NCBI GenBank assembly: GCA_000320545.1
Contig: ADNK01001820.1
Location: forward strand, 62,001 to 126,000
DNA length: 64,000 bases
Source: Bigelowiella natans CCMP2755
Lineage: Eukaryota; Protista; Cercozoa
Direction: 5' to 3'
Made by a program: the position numbers and the translations under genes. The notes beneath the pieces were generated by a model that was not told the DNA's origin, did not search any database, and saw only the letters and a list, made by a program, of their open reading frames with translations. Shown in pieces: positions 14,171 through 28,181 of this stretch (position 1 is the first letter of the stretch; the number at the start of each line of letters is the position of its first letter).

Positions 14171-17100
14171 ATGATGGATCCTGACGCGCCATCATCCTCC
14201 AGTAACGATCTCGTACATATTGGTTCAAAGGTATGAGCGTGTCCAAAATCTCTACTTTATGTATCGTTTGTGTTTGTGTGGGTGTTCTGCAATAACATAG
14301 ATAATATGAAAGAAATAGACTGGTGATGTATTATATTCTGCTGCAGTCTTCTGTGAAATTTTGATTATTTCTCTTTCTATGGTGGATATAGAGGGGAATT
14401 GAACGGATTAGTCACCATATCGAAAAATGAGTTCGTGCAGAGTGCATAACTACATGCATGAAATTCATTTACGAATTTTTCTACAATAGGAGGTACACGT
14501 GGAGCCCTTACCATCGAACAAGGAAGAGGGAGACAATATTGAGGCGGAGAGTGGCGAAAATTCTATTGGCGACAACAGAAAGGAAGATCCAAAGCCATTA
14601 TCGGGAGATGAGGCATCTACTAAGCCAGATTCTAAAAAGGAGGAAAAAAAGCGTGGAGCAAAGGATGCGGCGAATAGTTTAGCCTTTCTTATCCTCCGAA
14701 AACTCGTCGAGGAGGAGAAAATTAGCGAGGATACAGCAAAGAAGTACCGATTGATGTATGAGAAGCTAAACGAGACAGTGGTTGATGTATTTGAGAACGA
14801 GACTTTACTTTACAATATCAACTCTAAGCAGAAAAGGGCGTTCGTCGGCTTAAGAAAGGGAATTGAAGAGAAAAAAAAAAAACTTGAGAGTCTCAAGGGC
14901 GCGTGTGAGGATGCGAATGGGCGCAAAAACGCTCTCCGAAAGGAGGTCGATGCGAAGGAGTTGGATCTTAAATTAGTAGATAGCCAACTACAAAACTTCT
15001 TGAACCAGGAGACGGACAAACAGAAGCAGCTCGAGGAAATGAAGAAGAGCAAAGAAGCCGCTGCAAAGCCTCTCATTGACGATCTTAATCAGAAGGTACG
15101 GGACAGTTTGGAGGAGATTCGCATGCAGAAAGAGAATACAGTCAAGGAGAAGGAGGCAAAGGAGCTATATCTTGAGGAAATAGAGAAGCTCAAGCAGGAC
15201 ATTGAAAGCCTCCAGAAAGACAAACACGAGAAGCGAAGGAAACTCGCCTTTGAAATGCGTACCCCTGATAAAATTCGCAGTGAGGCCGACGCAATTAGTA
15301 GAACGCGTGCCAAGAAGGAGAAGGAGAATCTTCTTCTGATAGAAGAAATAAAGAAATTGAAGGAATTGGTGAAGGCCAAACAGGACAAACGCCTTCGGGT
15401 TAAGCACGAGGTGAATCAGCACAAACAAAACCAGACCCGTCATCGCGGGGCGCTGCAAGTTAGACGTGACGAGCTCGCCGAGATCGAGAAGAATCTCGAG
15501 CATTGCAAGCAAAAGCGCATTGAGATGATGGAGCGAATTCAGTCCCTGAAGACAGAGATTGAGCATCAGAGAAATCGAGCGCGAACATTCGTAAATAAGG
15601 AGAAACAGAACAAGAAGATAAAGAATGAGGAGATTCGGCGCGGCGAACGATTACGGCGGAAGCTAGAAACGATACTTGCGATCATCCCCTCACTCCGCGA
15701 CCAGCGCGACTTACTAGCACGGGACATAACGAGGACCAACAAGGACATTCAGACGGTAAGTGCCGAGGTTAAGGAACTGATGAACGACAAAGATGTACTC
15801 CTCTTCATGCATCTTGAAATCGAGGACGCCGACGTTGTCGCTTCTGAGAAACTGCAAGAAGCCGTGAAGAAGGTTCGGGAGGCAAAGGAAAAGGTAGAAG
15901 AGCTACAGAAACGCGAGATATCACTACGGCGAACCATCAGTGAGTGGGCTGCGAAGAGGGAACTACAAGGTCGTGAGACCTCACGCGCCATCACAAAATA
16001 CCGCGAGATGACGGAAATGTGGAAGATAAAAAACATGGTGAACCGCGACCTTGAGAAGCAGGTACTTGATCTTGAGCGAACCGTCAAATTACGGGGTGAG
16101 GAGTATAAGAGAATGAGGAATATAAAGGAGAAGTGCGTCAACCAAGTCCAGATTAGCGAATCGACGCTAAACGAGGTGCGTGAGAAGATCCAGATCCTAC
16201 AACATGAAGTGCAAATCCTGCACCAGGAGACACAGGTACGTGAGGTTGCATATAAGGAGGAAAGCCGATCCCATCAAATATTGATCCACCAGCGCATGCA
16301 TAAGCGAGAGGATCGCAGTAAGTTAAAGGCGGAGCACAAGAAGCTGCGTCAGTGGCAAGATCATCAGCTCAAGGAAATTGCAAGCCTTAACCAGATAGTC
16401 AACACCCTCGCGAAGAAAGCCAAGGCGATCAAGGCCAAGTATGCCAAAGCTGTCGAGGCGAGAAATACAAGTGGGATTCGTGTAATTGACCGCGCCGATG
16501 AGCTTTCTATCCTAGACGAGAAGTCAAAGATACAGAAAAGCATACTAGCTAAGGGGACCGACGAGCTTCGGAATCGTGACGCACTTCTCGAGAATCTCAA
16601 CAGAGAGCTCGCCGAGTTTTCACGAACACGCGCCGCCTTGCTGAAGAGAAAACCTGGACAAGAGCTCTGGTACGCAACACGCAAGACGTTGGAATCGTCG
16701 CAACGGCAACTTGCTCAGGAGCGCCGCACCGTACTCGATCTATCGCAGGCGCTCGCAACACCGGATCGGCCCAAAGAGGACGGATCTTCGCGCATCAAGA
16801 AGCTGTCTGGGTTCGATCCTGATAAGCAGCAGCTTCAGACCAAGATCGAGGTTCTCGAGGAAAAGCTGCAAGAAAAAAAGGAGCGCCTCGTTGAGAAGGA
16901 TCTTATCCTCCACGAAGTTGCGAACATGAGCAATCAACTCTGCAAGGAGGCCGCAGAGAACCGCACCTGGACGCTCGAGCTCGCCAAGAAGATCAACGAG
17001 TATCAGGCTCAGATTCGGCAGCTCACACGCTCGCAAAAGGCAACAGTTTCTGAGCTTTCGATGTATCAAGCGACTGCGTTGAAGCTGGAGCAGGAGCGTA

Positions 17101-17432
17101 AGGCCTCTGTAGACATGTTTGAGGAGGCACGAGCTCGTATGGCGCAGGGAGAGGCACCGACGGACGGTGCCGAGGGCGAGTGGGTTCGCATGATACGCGA
17201 ACGGCAACGACAGAAGGACATCCTGCTCTCCAGGAAACAGCAAATAAGGGAGCTTATGAACGCTCGGCCAGATGTAATCCCCTCCCATGCCGAGCAACGC
17301 TCGAATGCGTACATTAGTGAGGAACTGGGAATACCAAAGCCGTATGGCCATCTCGCGCCGTTCAAGCCTAGTGTGCTCGGTGCGACTATGCGACATATAC
17401 GGAAAGGCTATGGCCGCAAACCCGACAGATAG
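14171..17432 (+). CDS. CCDC146: Axonemal coiled-coil protein CCDC146/MBO2
   Basis: About 1000 aa of coiled coil with the family C-terminus AEQRSNAYISEELGIPKPYGHLAPFKPSVLGATMRHIRK and internal KATVSELSMYQA. Short exon 14171-14230 (GT donor) joins in phase to a 2943-bp exon 14490-17432. Start position uncertain. Confidence 0.85.
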
Positions 17433-18502
17433 TAGAAACATGCCTGTGTGATGACAGAAAATTGTTACTGATTAAGAAGTACGTCGTCCTGCCGCTTTTT
17501 AGCCCCTACATATCTAAATGTCTATGCATATAATACGTATTATTGTGCTTACGCAATGTGAGCGAGCCAGTCCTATCGAGTAGCTAGCGTAGCACTCACA
17601 TGCATGTGCGTGTTTCTATAGCTGGCTAGCGTGGGCGGCGGGCAGACTAATAATAATCCCGCCGCGCTACTACACACAGCGTTTCTTGCATTTGTTATCA
17701 TTGCGACTGCGATCGCACATAAGACGGATGTTTAATAATTTGATTAAATATATTCAATCGTCATTCTAATGTACTAGATCTTCAATGCAAAGGCTACAGC
17801 GCTTATGTTGTGTCTACTACTTGTTTGCATTGTCATATCGATCGCATATATATGTTATATGTAGCATAGCTAGATAGTGTATTATCTGAATTTTGACTAT
17901 GCATGATGCTTGGATTCGACAACATACATCGTACAGCAAGCTGCTTGCAGCTGCAGCATGCACTAAAAGTATTTTTCTAAGCATATTGTGAGACAGATGT
18001 GATGAAATGTTCAAATTTCTTCAATGGTCATCCCAATGTAGCAGTGCAGTGCAGCGGCTACAGCATATTGTAGCGCATGTATTCTTGCGTTTATACATTG
18101 GAAAATATAATAATTTCATTACATCCGTCTCATATTTATATAGCTCAATGCTAACAACGCCAGCTTTATCATATCAGCGACGCTGATGCTATATATTGCA
18201 AGGACATGTAAGCATAGACTATATAAGCAAGATGTAGTATAGGTGCGCTCGTGCACGTATCGTAGTAATCGTACATCAATATCTCACCAATATCTCACCA
18301 CGCAGAAACATCTAACGATGGTATACAATGTTCTCAAACAATGCTATTGCATCTGCATGTTTGTTGAACCTATTCTCCTTATAATTCATACAACACCAAT
18401 AACACGTTCCTTTCAATTTTGAGGTATCGCTGAGCCCGAGGGAGAGAGACAGCAGAATTACATGCTGTTTTGAATCTTCACCTCGTTTCTGTTCCTTTCT
18501 AA

Positions 18503-18746
18503 TTACAGTACATTTTTAAGATTGAAGTTGATATCCTTTGCTTCCTCAAATGCCTGTCCGGAGCCGATGACGACAGCTTTGGCCTCCGTGTTAAGTTGCT
18601 GCAACCTGCAAAGAAGAGTGCAAGATCAGATAGCGCAAAAAGATAAGATGATGCTGTTCAGGAGAAAGGAGTATTATGAGAAGAACACAATTTTTAATAG
18701 AGCAAATTGTTTTGCACTTCTTGCCTTTATTCTTTTTTTATCGTGA

Positions 18747-18810
<64 letters not shown>

Positions 18811-19275
18811 CATATGTATATAATGTGTGCGTGTGTGCTGTGTTGAGCAGCACCTTTTCCCAAACTCTTTGAAATCGTTTACTGTCGTGCCGAGGATTTG
18901 GTCGCGGCGACGCTGCAAGTCAGCGTGTTCACGGCCTACCAGCCAGCGTGTTAGGGAAGTGAAACCCTTCTGGTCAGGAGACGTGGGAGAGTCAATATCG
19001 CCGATGGTACCGATTACTGCCTTCTCAAGCTCTTCCTAATTGGTATTTTGCATATAACAATGTGAGAGTAGGTTGTTTCTATTGTGTGATGCTGTTCAAT
19101 CTGCTCCTGCAGAATCTAAATGTTCGGTACAGCTTATTCGCTCATAGTATATGTTGTGCATGTACTGGTGTTGTGCGTGCATTGAACGATTTTCTTGCCT
19201 GAGTGAGCTCGATGTTTGCTAGGAAATCAGCTGCAGCTTTATAGTTATCAACCTGGTTGTAGAATAACGATTCGG

Positions 19276-19309
<34 letters not shown>

Positions 19310-20345
19310 AACGAATAGAAAGACAAGAGTGAGAACGTTTCTGTGGCTCACAATCAGTGCAATGGTGATGATGAATGACGTTGCATGATAGTGAGATAGC
19401 AATCAGCAGGATTAACACGATTTGATTCATCGAGACCGCCTTTTATTACAGGCATGCTTCCTTTTCTCCTACAGGAATAATAAATATATAGCACACGCTA
19501 TATTGCTAGGTACAGCAGCAGATAGAGTAGCCATCACATCTTACAGTGCCCTGCAGATTGGGATCGCGGTAGGACAAGAAACGGAACAGACCGGAAACAG
19601 GGTCGATTCTGCAGCAATTCAGCAACACACAAACAATCGTCTCATCATTCAAAATGAAGTAGAGGAAAAAGGTGAGGAAAAACGCCTCCCTTTCTCCTTG
19701 GAAACAATCTCCTTACGAGAAACAACACAGCCAACATAATAATTCACGAAAAAACGGGTACTGCACGAACAGGAGCTCTCAACCATCTTCTGAAAAAAAC
19801 AGTCAAAACCACATAACTCTCCTCCTCCTCCTCCTACTCCTCCTCCTTCTACAACTACCACTCCTACTGTTACGCTTTTTGTTAAAAGTACCCGCAGAAA
19901 CCGCCGTACGCTCCCCCGATTACACGCACTTGGTCCCAAAGGAAACCAGTCGACAGAAACTTGGAGATCACTTGTGCAGAGCCGCTCATCTGATAAATAG
20001 TAAGGGAGATGATGATGATGATGATAATGATGCTGTTGATGATTATGGTGCTGGTGATAGCAATGACAACGCGAATATCAAGTATTTCCACTTTCAAGTT
20101 GAGGGGTAAATATCACTATCATCATCAGCAGCAGCAGCAATAAACGCACAAGCGAAGGAACTACCTCTTCTCCAGATTTGAAGAGCTGGCCTCCGAACCC
20201 GACGTAGTTGACCTGCGTAGGAACAGGAAAACCTTCGTTCTCTGCAGCCTCCATCTTTGCCTGATGATAGTGGTTAATAACGATGACAATCATACTTTAC
20301 AAAAAAAGGGGTGGAGGAGATCTATCGGGGAATGTTGAAGATGGT

Positions 20346-20390
<45 letters not shown>

Positions 20391-21369
20391 TAAGGCCAGG
20401 GGACTTGGTACGCCATCAGGAATCCCCCCTCCCCCAAATGCACACTGATGACTATCTATCATAAACAGCTACACGGCAGCGAAGAAAGCCTCGCCTCTAC
20501 AACCTCTTCTGCCCAATCGTGCAGCTTTGTGGCAGATGCATCCCCGATACTGTTGCCGTGCATGCGATCCACAAACCTGATGATTATACCCATATATCAC
20601 ATTACTTCCCCCGTCCTTCTCACTATGTTTTTCTGTGACGAAGAGTAGGTGCTAGCGTAGTGCTGCTATAGCCCCATACTTATCGATCTGCGAGCGCGAG
20701 GAGTCAAGGAGCTCCTGGTCAGCTGTGAGATTGATGATCATTCGCTTGTCGCCCTTCGTGCATAGCAGCGCGCTTCTTATACCTGCCCAACGAAGAGGAA
20801 GAAACAATGATTAATTCACACACAACACACACATACACAAGAATATTCTCCGAAAGAATGACAAAAATGAGACACGGCGGTAGATAGGTAGGTACCCCTT
20901 CTTATTTTAACAAATTCTCTCCAACTCAAGTCCTTCCCCTCTCTCTTAATCAATATACGCGTACATACAGAATATATGCGTTGTTACCCTCGAGGCGCTT
21001 CTGTAACGCTGGCCACGTATCGTCGTTTTCTGCCTGCTCTAGCATCTCTTTGACAGTGGCGAGGTAATCCAGACCTTGCAATAATAGCATCATAATCATC
21101 ATCGTCGTCGTCATCGTCGTCGTCATCGTCATGCCAGGGAGACGATGGCTGCATACGCATACGAGCACACTTACCTCCCATTTTCTCCCCAATGTGGTCA
21201 GCTACGGTGAATCGAGAACTGAGACGGCCAGCAGCGTATCTGTGACCACTTCCCACAATTGCAGCTTCAAGACCCGCCTGAGGGAAATGATGATGATGAT
21301 GATGATGATGAGAAGATGGTTCAGATTCTTTTGGCACTAGAGCAGCAGCAGCAGCAGCTATATGAATTT

Positions 21370-21405
<36 letters not shown>

Positions 21406-21521
21406 CCATAATTTACTACTTGTATTTGTTTAACGTCGTTTATATTTTTTAGATTCTTGCACGATTTGGTCGATGTACAAAGTTAATTAGTACTTTACAG
21501 CATGGATTTGTTATCCATAGG

Positions 21522-21574
<53 letters not shown>

Positions 21575-24500
21575 GGGAGACTAAAAAGACTCTAGATGCT
21601 TGCACCTTAGTCTCCTTGAGGATTTCAATGGCTCTTTGACGGTTGTCTAGTTTCGCAGTCGTAAGAACCTTTAAGTAGGCAGGAGGGGGGAGAGCAGCAG
21701 CGGAGCGATTAGTCAATATGACACAAATCAGCACTGAAGAACAGGTCGTTGTCGTCGTCGTCGTCATCTAAATGTGAATACCCTCCTCTTTGGTGTTGTT
21801 TTCGACTAGTGCGACGGTGGCGAGAAATCAGACCAAAGATGATAAAATAGCGCCACACTGTTGCTTTATATACTTAGAGCAAGAGGACGGTCTTGAACAC
21901 TAACCTCTTCGGCAATATCGAGCATCGTATCGACTTTCTCCGGTACACATTTGGCGCGGAGTGTCAGATATCCTTTTCGATGTTGACATCATCAACATCA
22001 TCATCATCATCATTATCGTGGTCAGTTGTTGGAGGAAAAAGAAAGGAAGAGCAGAAAGGAATATGAGGAAGAGGAAACGCGTAAAAATGCTTCGAAAATC
22101 TCCTATCTAGGAAGACCAGCAATAGAAGTAGTAGTCGGCGTCGTCTTCGTTGTTATTGTCGTAGTTTAAGATTGGCAGTTCATGATTTGAGCACATTATC
22201 GCAGTATTATATGTCGTTTTTTGTTACGCTGATATTGTTGTTGTTGTTGTTGATGATGATGATGAGCAAAATATATACTATTACCAAGAACGGAACTGGG
22301 GTCACCAACTGCCGCCCCATTAGCTTTCTGTGATATGAAATGCGACACTCCCAGACCTCCAGTATGAGTGCCGATATATCTGTGAAAAGATGACGGAGTA
22401 TTTATCATGTATGCAGTTCGTTACTATCCTAGTCGTTTGATTATCTTCGTCATCAATCAATCGATGGTGGCTGATATGCTGTTGGTGCTAGTGGTAGTAT
22501 TGTAGTAGAATTTGTAGTAGTAGTTGTAGTGATAGCGGTACTGACTGAGAGAGTGCTACAGCGTCCTTGCCCTGTGTGCCGGCCTCAGTGAGAAGACGTT
22601 CAAAGAGAGGAATAAGAGGCAGGTCTTCCATAGGTAGAGCTTGAAGGTTCAGCGCCATATCCAAGTACCTTGTTAATAATTAGAGAAGAAAAGCAAAGTA
22701 TTATGCATAAGAAATTATGAGAGATAATTTACTACAAACAAGCAGCTGCGAACACCCGAAGTAATAAAAAACATTTCCCAGCAATACAGAACGAAGTATC
22801 CCTTAGCCCCTAACCCCACCCCTGAAACTAGTCCATCTATATTTTTACATGATGCCGCTGGTGGAGAGCGCGTGTGTCACTAGCTTTGTGCCTTTGAAGA
22901 ATAACGTATGGCAGGGGGGGAAAGGAATGGGTAAGCAACAGGAAATCATATCTGCGTCTTTCTCGCAAATAGCATCGTTCGGAAATAATAAGATAAATTA
23001 AGTTAGTTAGTTCTCGGCGACAGGTACGACAGCTATGCTTATTTACAAGCGACATGCACAAGCTAAGCGCCGCACCGCACCTTCCTTGTGATCCTCAACT
23101 TTGATCGGAATATCACGCTGCTTTTTGTCCAAATCAGAGAGAGAGAGGGTTGGCATCGTTGCCACTGCCTGCGGTGTCCCAACAACAAACGACATCGATG
23201 GTAAATAAGAGAGAGAGGGAGAGAGAGAGAGAGAGAGACAGAGAGAGAGTGGAAGGGGGGCAAGGGGGGGATGCAAGAGGACACCCCATGGTGAAGAAAT
23301 GCCACATGATTGATCGGTATTCATATTAACATAGTCATTTATCGTCCTCCTTATCCTCATCATTCCCCCAACCCTTCCTTCTTTCCTTCCTTATTCTTCT
23401 TTTAGACAGCTGCTGCAATTATATAGCTTATGTGTAGTTGGAAGAACGTCGTACATACATACATACATGCATACACACTATGACAAAAATTGAGTGATTA
23501 TTGCGATAGTAATAACGCATATTCCTTACTACCTCAGGAGGGTCCTCGGCAGCCTGGGCCTCCTTCAATAACTTCGTCTCCTCCACAATCTTTTTCACGT
23601 CATCGGCAGACATCGACGACTTAATTCCGTCCAGTTCCTTTGATAATAATAATAATAATAATAATAACAACAACAACAACACAATCGCCACATCATTTCA
23701 GTTCTCTTTCATGCCAACATTCACGCCAGATAGATCTCCAAAAGCCCCCTCTCAGTCGATTTCCGTCGCCGATGATGATGATGATTCTCCTCCTCCTCCT
23801 CCTCCTCCCACCCCCCCCTCCCCTCTAGGCAGCAAGCAACCTTGCGTTCTTCTTCTTGATCTTTTGCTTCAAGCTGTGTGTCTGGCGCCATAGAGACGGT
23901 CACACGGTGCGTGTTGTCGATGAGCATTGACTTAATAATATTTTGGAATACCTGTCCCAAGCGAAAAGTTAGCAGCAGAAGGACGAGGATGGTGGTGGAG
24001 GAGGAAACATTTAACGAGGATTCGTTGTTTCGTATTGTCGCCATAGGGCCTTTGAGTCAGTCATAGATCTCACACAGGAAATGATTTTCCTTTTCTCTCT
24101 GCTACTACCACTTACTAACCTCCTAAAAAGGAACCACCACCACCACCACCAGCAGCAGCAGCAGCAGCCACGTAGTATAATGATGATTACCGGCTCACCA
24201 TCCTTGAGACGTTGCTTGAGGGAAGCAAGGTCCTTCTCGAAGCGCATGCCGTTCAAAGGATCGCCACCGTAAATCCACTCCTCAAGAGCGCCCAGCATCA
24301 GCATCAAGCCCTTGGGAAACCTGTTGTTGTTGTTGTTGCAACAGTGATGATGCGTGGATGGATGGATGATGATATAATAAAAATATAATAATAATAATAA
24401 GATTGATGATATCGATGATCATGGAAAATGATGGTTATGATAGTAAATATTGGGGGCACGGAGATTGAACAGCAGCGATGAGGATGAGGAAGATGATAGG

Positions 24501-25012
24501 TTTAGCTGTGACGATTGGTCTAAAGAATCGGAAGGGGGGGGGGGGGGCAGATAACAGACCCTCCAGTGTTAAATTCTCGCAGTCTGAACTCGATTGTATT
24601 AATCGATGCAGCCACAGCCTAGTGATGATGATAATAACAACGTCAATGAATCATCACTTCAAAATCAACATATGCCTCAGCAGAGATGACCTATCTATGA
24701 TTTATTAATTTCTACTCCGTGAAAGGAAGATAAAAGGAGGCGCTTCAGTATTCTAATCATTGTCACGTCATCAATCATGCTGGTTGCGTCTTTGTAGTAA
24801 CACTGCGACTGCTTTTAAGTGAAATATTTCTCATGTCTCCTGCCACATTATATATTACCTTCTCCGGGAAACCCTCGTCTTTGAGTTTCGAGAGAATATC
24901 GATAACAAGATTTTCTACTTTCTCGGCGTCCTCATCACCCTTCAACCCTTTGAGTCCTACGTTGAAAACAGTCTGTTGCAATGTGTCGTCAAATCCGCCA
25001 CCCAGAACCTGT

Positions 25013-25044
<32 letters not shown>

Positions 25045-25126
25045 AATGATGATTTTAGTGTCGTGGTGGTGAAGAAGGAAGTCCACAATAACACACACAC
25101 TGTTCGAAAGTGTCATAACTACTGCT

Positions 25127-25160
<34 letters not shown>

Positions 25161-25568
25161 CACCATCATCATTACTATTTTTACCATATTTTTAAATAAA
25201 TATTATCGTTGTCGTAATTTAAGTAGTACCTGCTCCCCCAAGCCGCTGTCGGTGAGAGCTTTTCTCAGCACGGAGGCGGAGGTGCCCATGAGGAGGTGCG
25301 AGAGAATGGAGATCGCAAGCTTATCCTCGCTCTTGAGTGGAGAGTCATGTACTACCCAGTTGACAGAAGCCATGTACCTATTACATATATGTGTGTTATT
25401 ATCAAGTGAGAGGGGGGAAGATCTTGTTGGAAAGTAAGCAAGAACATCGTAACCTGCGAAGGCATCATGATTTTTCTGCATTTTGATTGAATTATCTGCG
25501 GTAACACCCGTTCACACCGTTCGGCTATTACGCAGTAATCTCTTTTGGTACTCCTGACTTCGTTAAGA

Positions 25569-25612
<44 letters not shown>

Positions 25613-27568
25613 TTTCTTACTTTCCTTCCTCGGAATTGGACGGGAATTTGCCGGATATCTTGCGAGGTTCTTTGAGCAGAGGCTGCCATCCAACCGTGGT
25701 GTCGACCTTATTCTCTTCAAATTCCGACAGATAGGAATCAAGTAGGTCTAAGCGCTCTTTCACTGGATCGTCGCCGTAGAAGTAAACCTTGTGTATTGTG
25801 ACATGTATGAATGCTTGCTCGATAGCGATGATGATTATGATGACGGTGATGATGATGGTAATGATTTTGAATTGTATGAGATCATCGACAATGACTACAG
25901 TCATTGCCACCACCACCCTACCACCCCCACCATCGTCGTCGTCATCATCATCATCATCATAAAATATAAATCACCCCTCCTTTCGCATTAACCTCTCATT
26001 CATACATACCCGTGCGTTAGAGGGGTGGTAGTTAGCCTGGTGGAAACTTTTGAACTGCTCGAAGGTTAGCGATGGGATCACTTGTGGGTCTCCTCCAGAA
26101 TCAACACCGTATCTAAGAACAAGGAGAAGAGGGTGCAACAAGAAGAAGAAGAAGAAGAAGAAGACGGAGGACGAGGAGGAGCAGTCACACATCATCAAAT
26201 GTACAACGTGAAACATCGAACGTTCATCATTTATAAACACACATGCACGCGCATGTACAAATATATTCAACCGAGAATTAGCACTGTGTGTTCATGTATG
26301 GATATGGGTTATGGTGACGCAAATTGACATGTATCTTCTATGAGTGAGGTAGTACGTGTTGTCCGGAAACAGTGCCTCCATTTCAACTTTGCCCATAATA
26401 TTGTCTGGCTGCGAGTAGACCCCTGGCAACAATGGATCAACCAATAAAGGAAGAAATGACGGCAAAATGGACCAAAGTGAAAATAACGAAAGTTAATATG
26501 CCTTTGAAATTGATGATGATGATGATGATGTCATTATTATGAGCATTCTGAGTAGAGTTCATGCCCGTGCCATTGGCCTATTTTCTCTTGTGCTTCCTCT
26601 TTCTTCCCTCCCTTTTCCTCCTCCTCGTCCTCCTACTGCTACTCACCTTTCATCTCATTAAAGACGACGCCCTTCCTTGTGAGCGGGTCGTCTTCCTTGT
26701 CGAGCTCGTAGTGCCAGCCTTCTTGAGCCATCACCTGTGGATCGGTAACAGCCCTTGGAAAGAACACAGCGTCGAGATAGACGTTGACCAAGTTGTAGAA
26801 GTCCTTAAGATTCTGGCTGGCAACAGGATAGCAGGTACGATCGGGGTAAGTAAAAGCGTTGAGGAAAGTGTTCAGCGATGACTTCATCAGCTCAGTAAAA
26901 GGCTCCTTTACGGTATACTTGCGACTGCCACAGAGAACTGAATGCTCTAGAATATGTGGAATCCCGGTGCTATCGGTTGGTGGGGTACGAAACACGATAC
27001 CGAAGACTTTATTCTCATCATCCTTCTCCACGCTGAGAACCTCTGCGCCAGTCTTTTTATGGCGGAAGAGGGTTGCGCGCGCTCCGTATTCGGTAACGTC
27101 ATCCACCTTTACCACATCGTAGGCATCATGAGAGACTGCTGAGGAGCTAACAGTTGAATCTGAATTGGGGGAGACGGCAGTAGTGCCGGCGGTCCCTGGT
27201 GCGTTCCCCGAGGCAGCAGCAGCAGCAGTAGCAGTAGCAGTAGTAGCTGAAGTGCCGGCAGATGATCGGAACCCACGCCTCAAAGCCGAAGAACTTGATG
27301 ATGCACTCATCGAAGAAGCACGATGGCTAGCAGTAGGTCGTGCAGTAGCGCGGAAACTAGCAAAAGCTGATGCGAGAGGCGGCTCAACGGTTGGTCGAGG
27401 GGCAGAGGAAGTAGAGAGCATTCGGAATGCGCACCAACAGCTCACAATGGACAGAGACACGGCCAAAGGATTGGTCGCTCGCAGACATCGCTGACCTACA
27501 TTTGGACCAATTCTAAACAAAGACGTCACCAGGCCGCGCCGGCGTCGACGTGCTTGAGGGACCATCAT
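18503..27568 (-). CDS. PREP: Presequence protease PreP / pitrilysin (M16C metallopeptidase) with long N-terminal targeting leader, many exons
   Basis: Inverted zinc motif [14 protein letters not shown], plus [84 protein letters not shown] and [12 protein letters not shown]. First ATG at 27568. Last exon ends ...FNLKNVL* (TAA 18503-18505). Confidence 0.95.
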
Positions 27569-28181
27569 TGTAACAGGGGTGGGGTGGTTCTGGTTGCAGC
27601 GCAAAGCAGGAACACCGGGAATATGTTGGGATAGCGACAACAACCTTTGGTTGTCGTAGGAATCCCAAACATGCGATTATTTAGAAGTAACGATCAATTC
27701 TCTTAGATTTGTTGTGTGGCTCCTGGGGATTTTGTTGACTGCTTAACGAGCGTCCTCGATGTTCTCTCAACGACAACGTGAGGCAGCATTTTGAAGAAAA
27801 ACTTCACTGGGATGCTTTCCGGGAGAAAGTCCAAGTTTCTTCATCTAAACCATTGGACAATTTATAGAGCGACATGCACACGACTGTGCTTTAGGGAGGA
27901 AAATCCTGGTAGTCGATAATACGGGTCTTCGACAAACCGAGGGAAGCTCCATCAAGCTCCATTGACAGAAGAGTACTGCTACTGCTGCTGCTGTGATCCA
28001 GCGTCCCCTTCCTTTGGACGGGGCTTTCAGTTGGGAGAAGAAGGGCGTGCGTTTCGATGCTCAACCAATGTGTGATGAGGAGTGTGGGTGGGGGTGTAAT
28101 CACTGATTTGCTGCTGCGCGTCACTTTTTGATGAGATGCAGGATTTGAATATCATCTGACAGTTACTTCGCTTTTTGCAAT

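Noticed and set aside
14810-17441. Several antisense ORFs (up to 233 aa) opposite CCDC146
   Set aside because: Shadow ORFs of a long biased coiled-coil exon; Ser/Phe/Leu-rich with no motifs.
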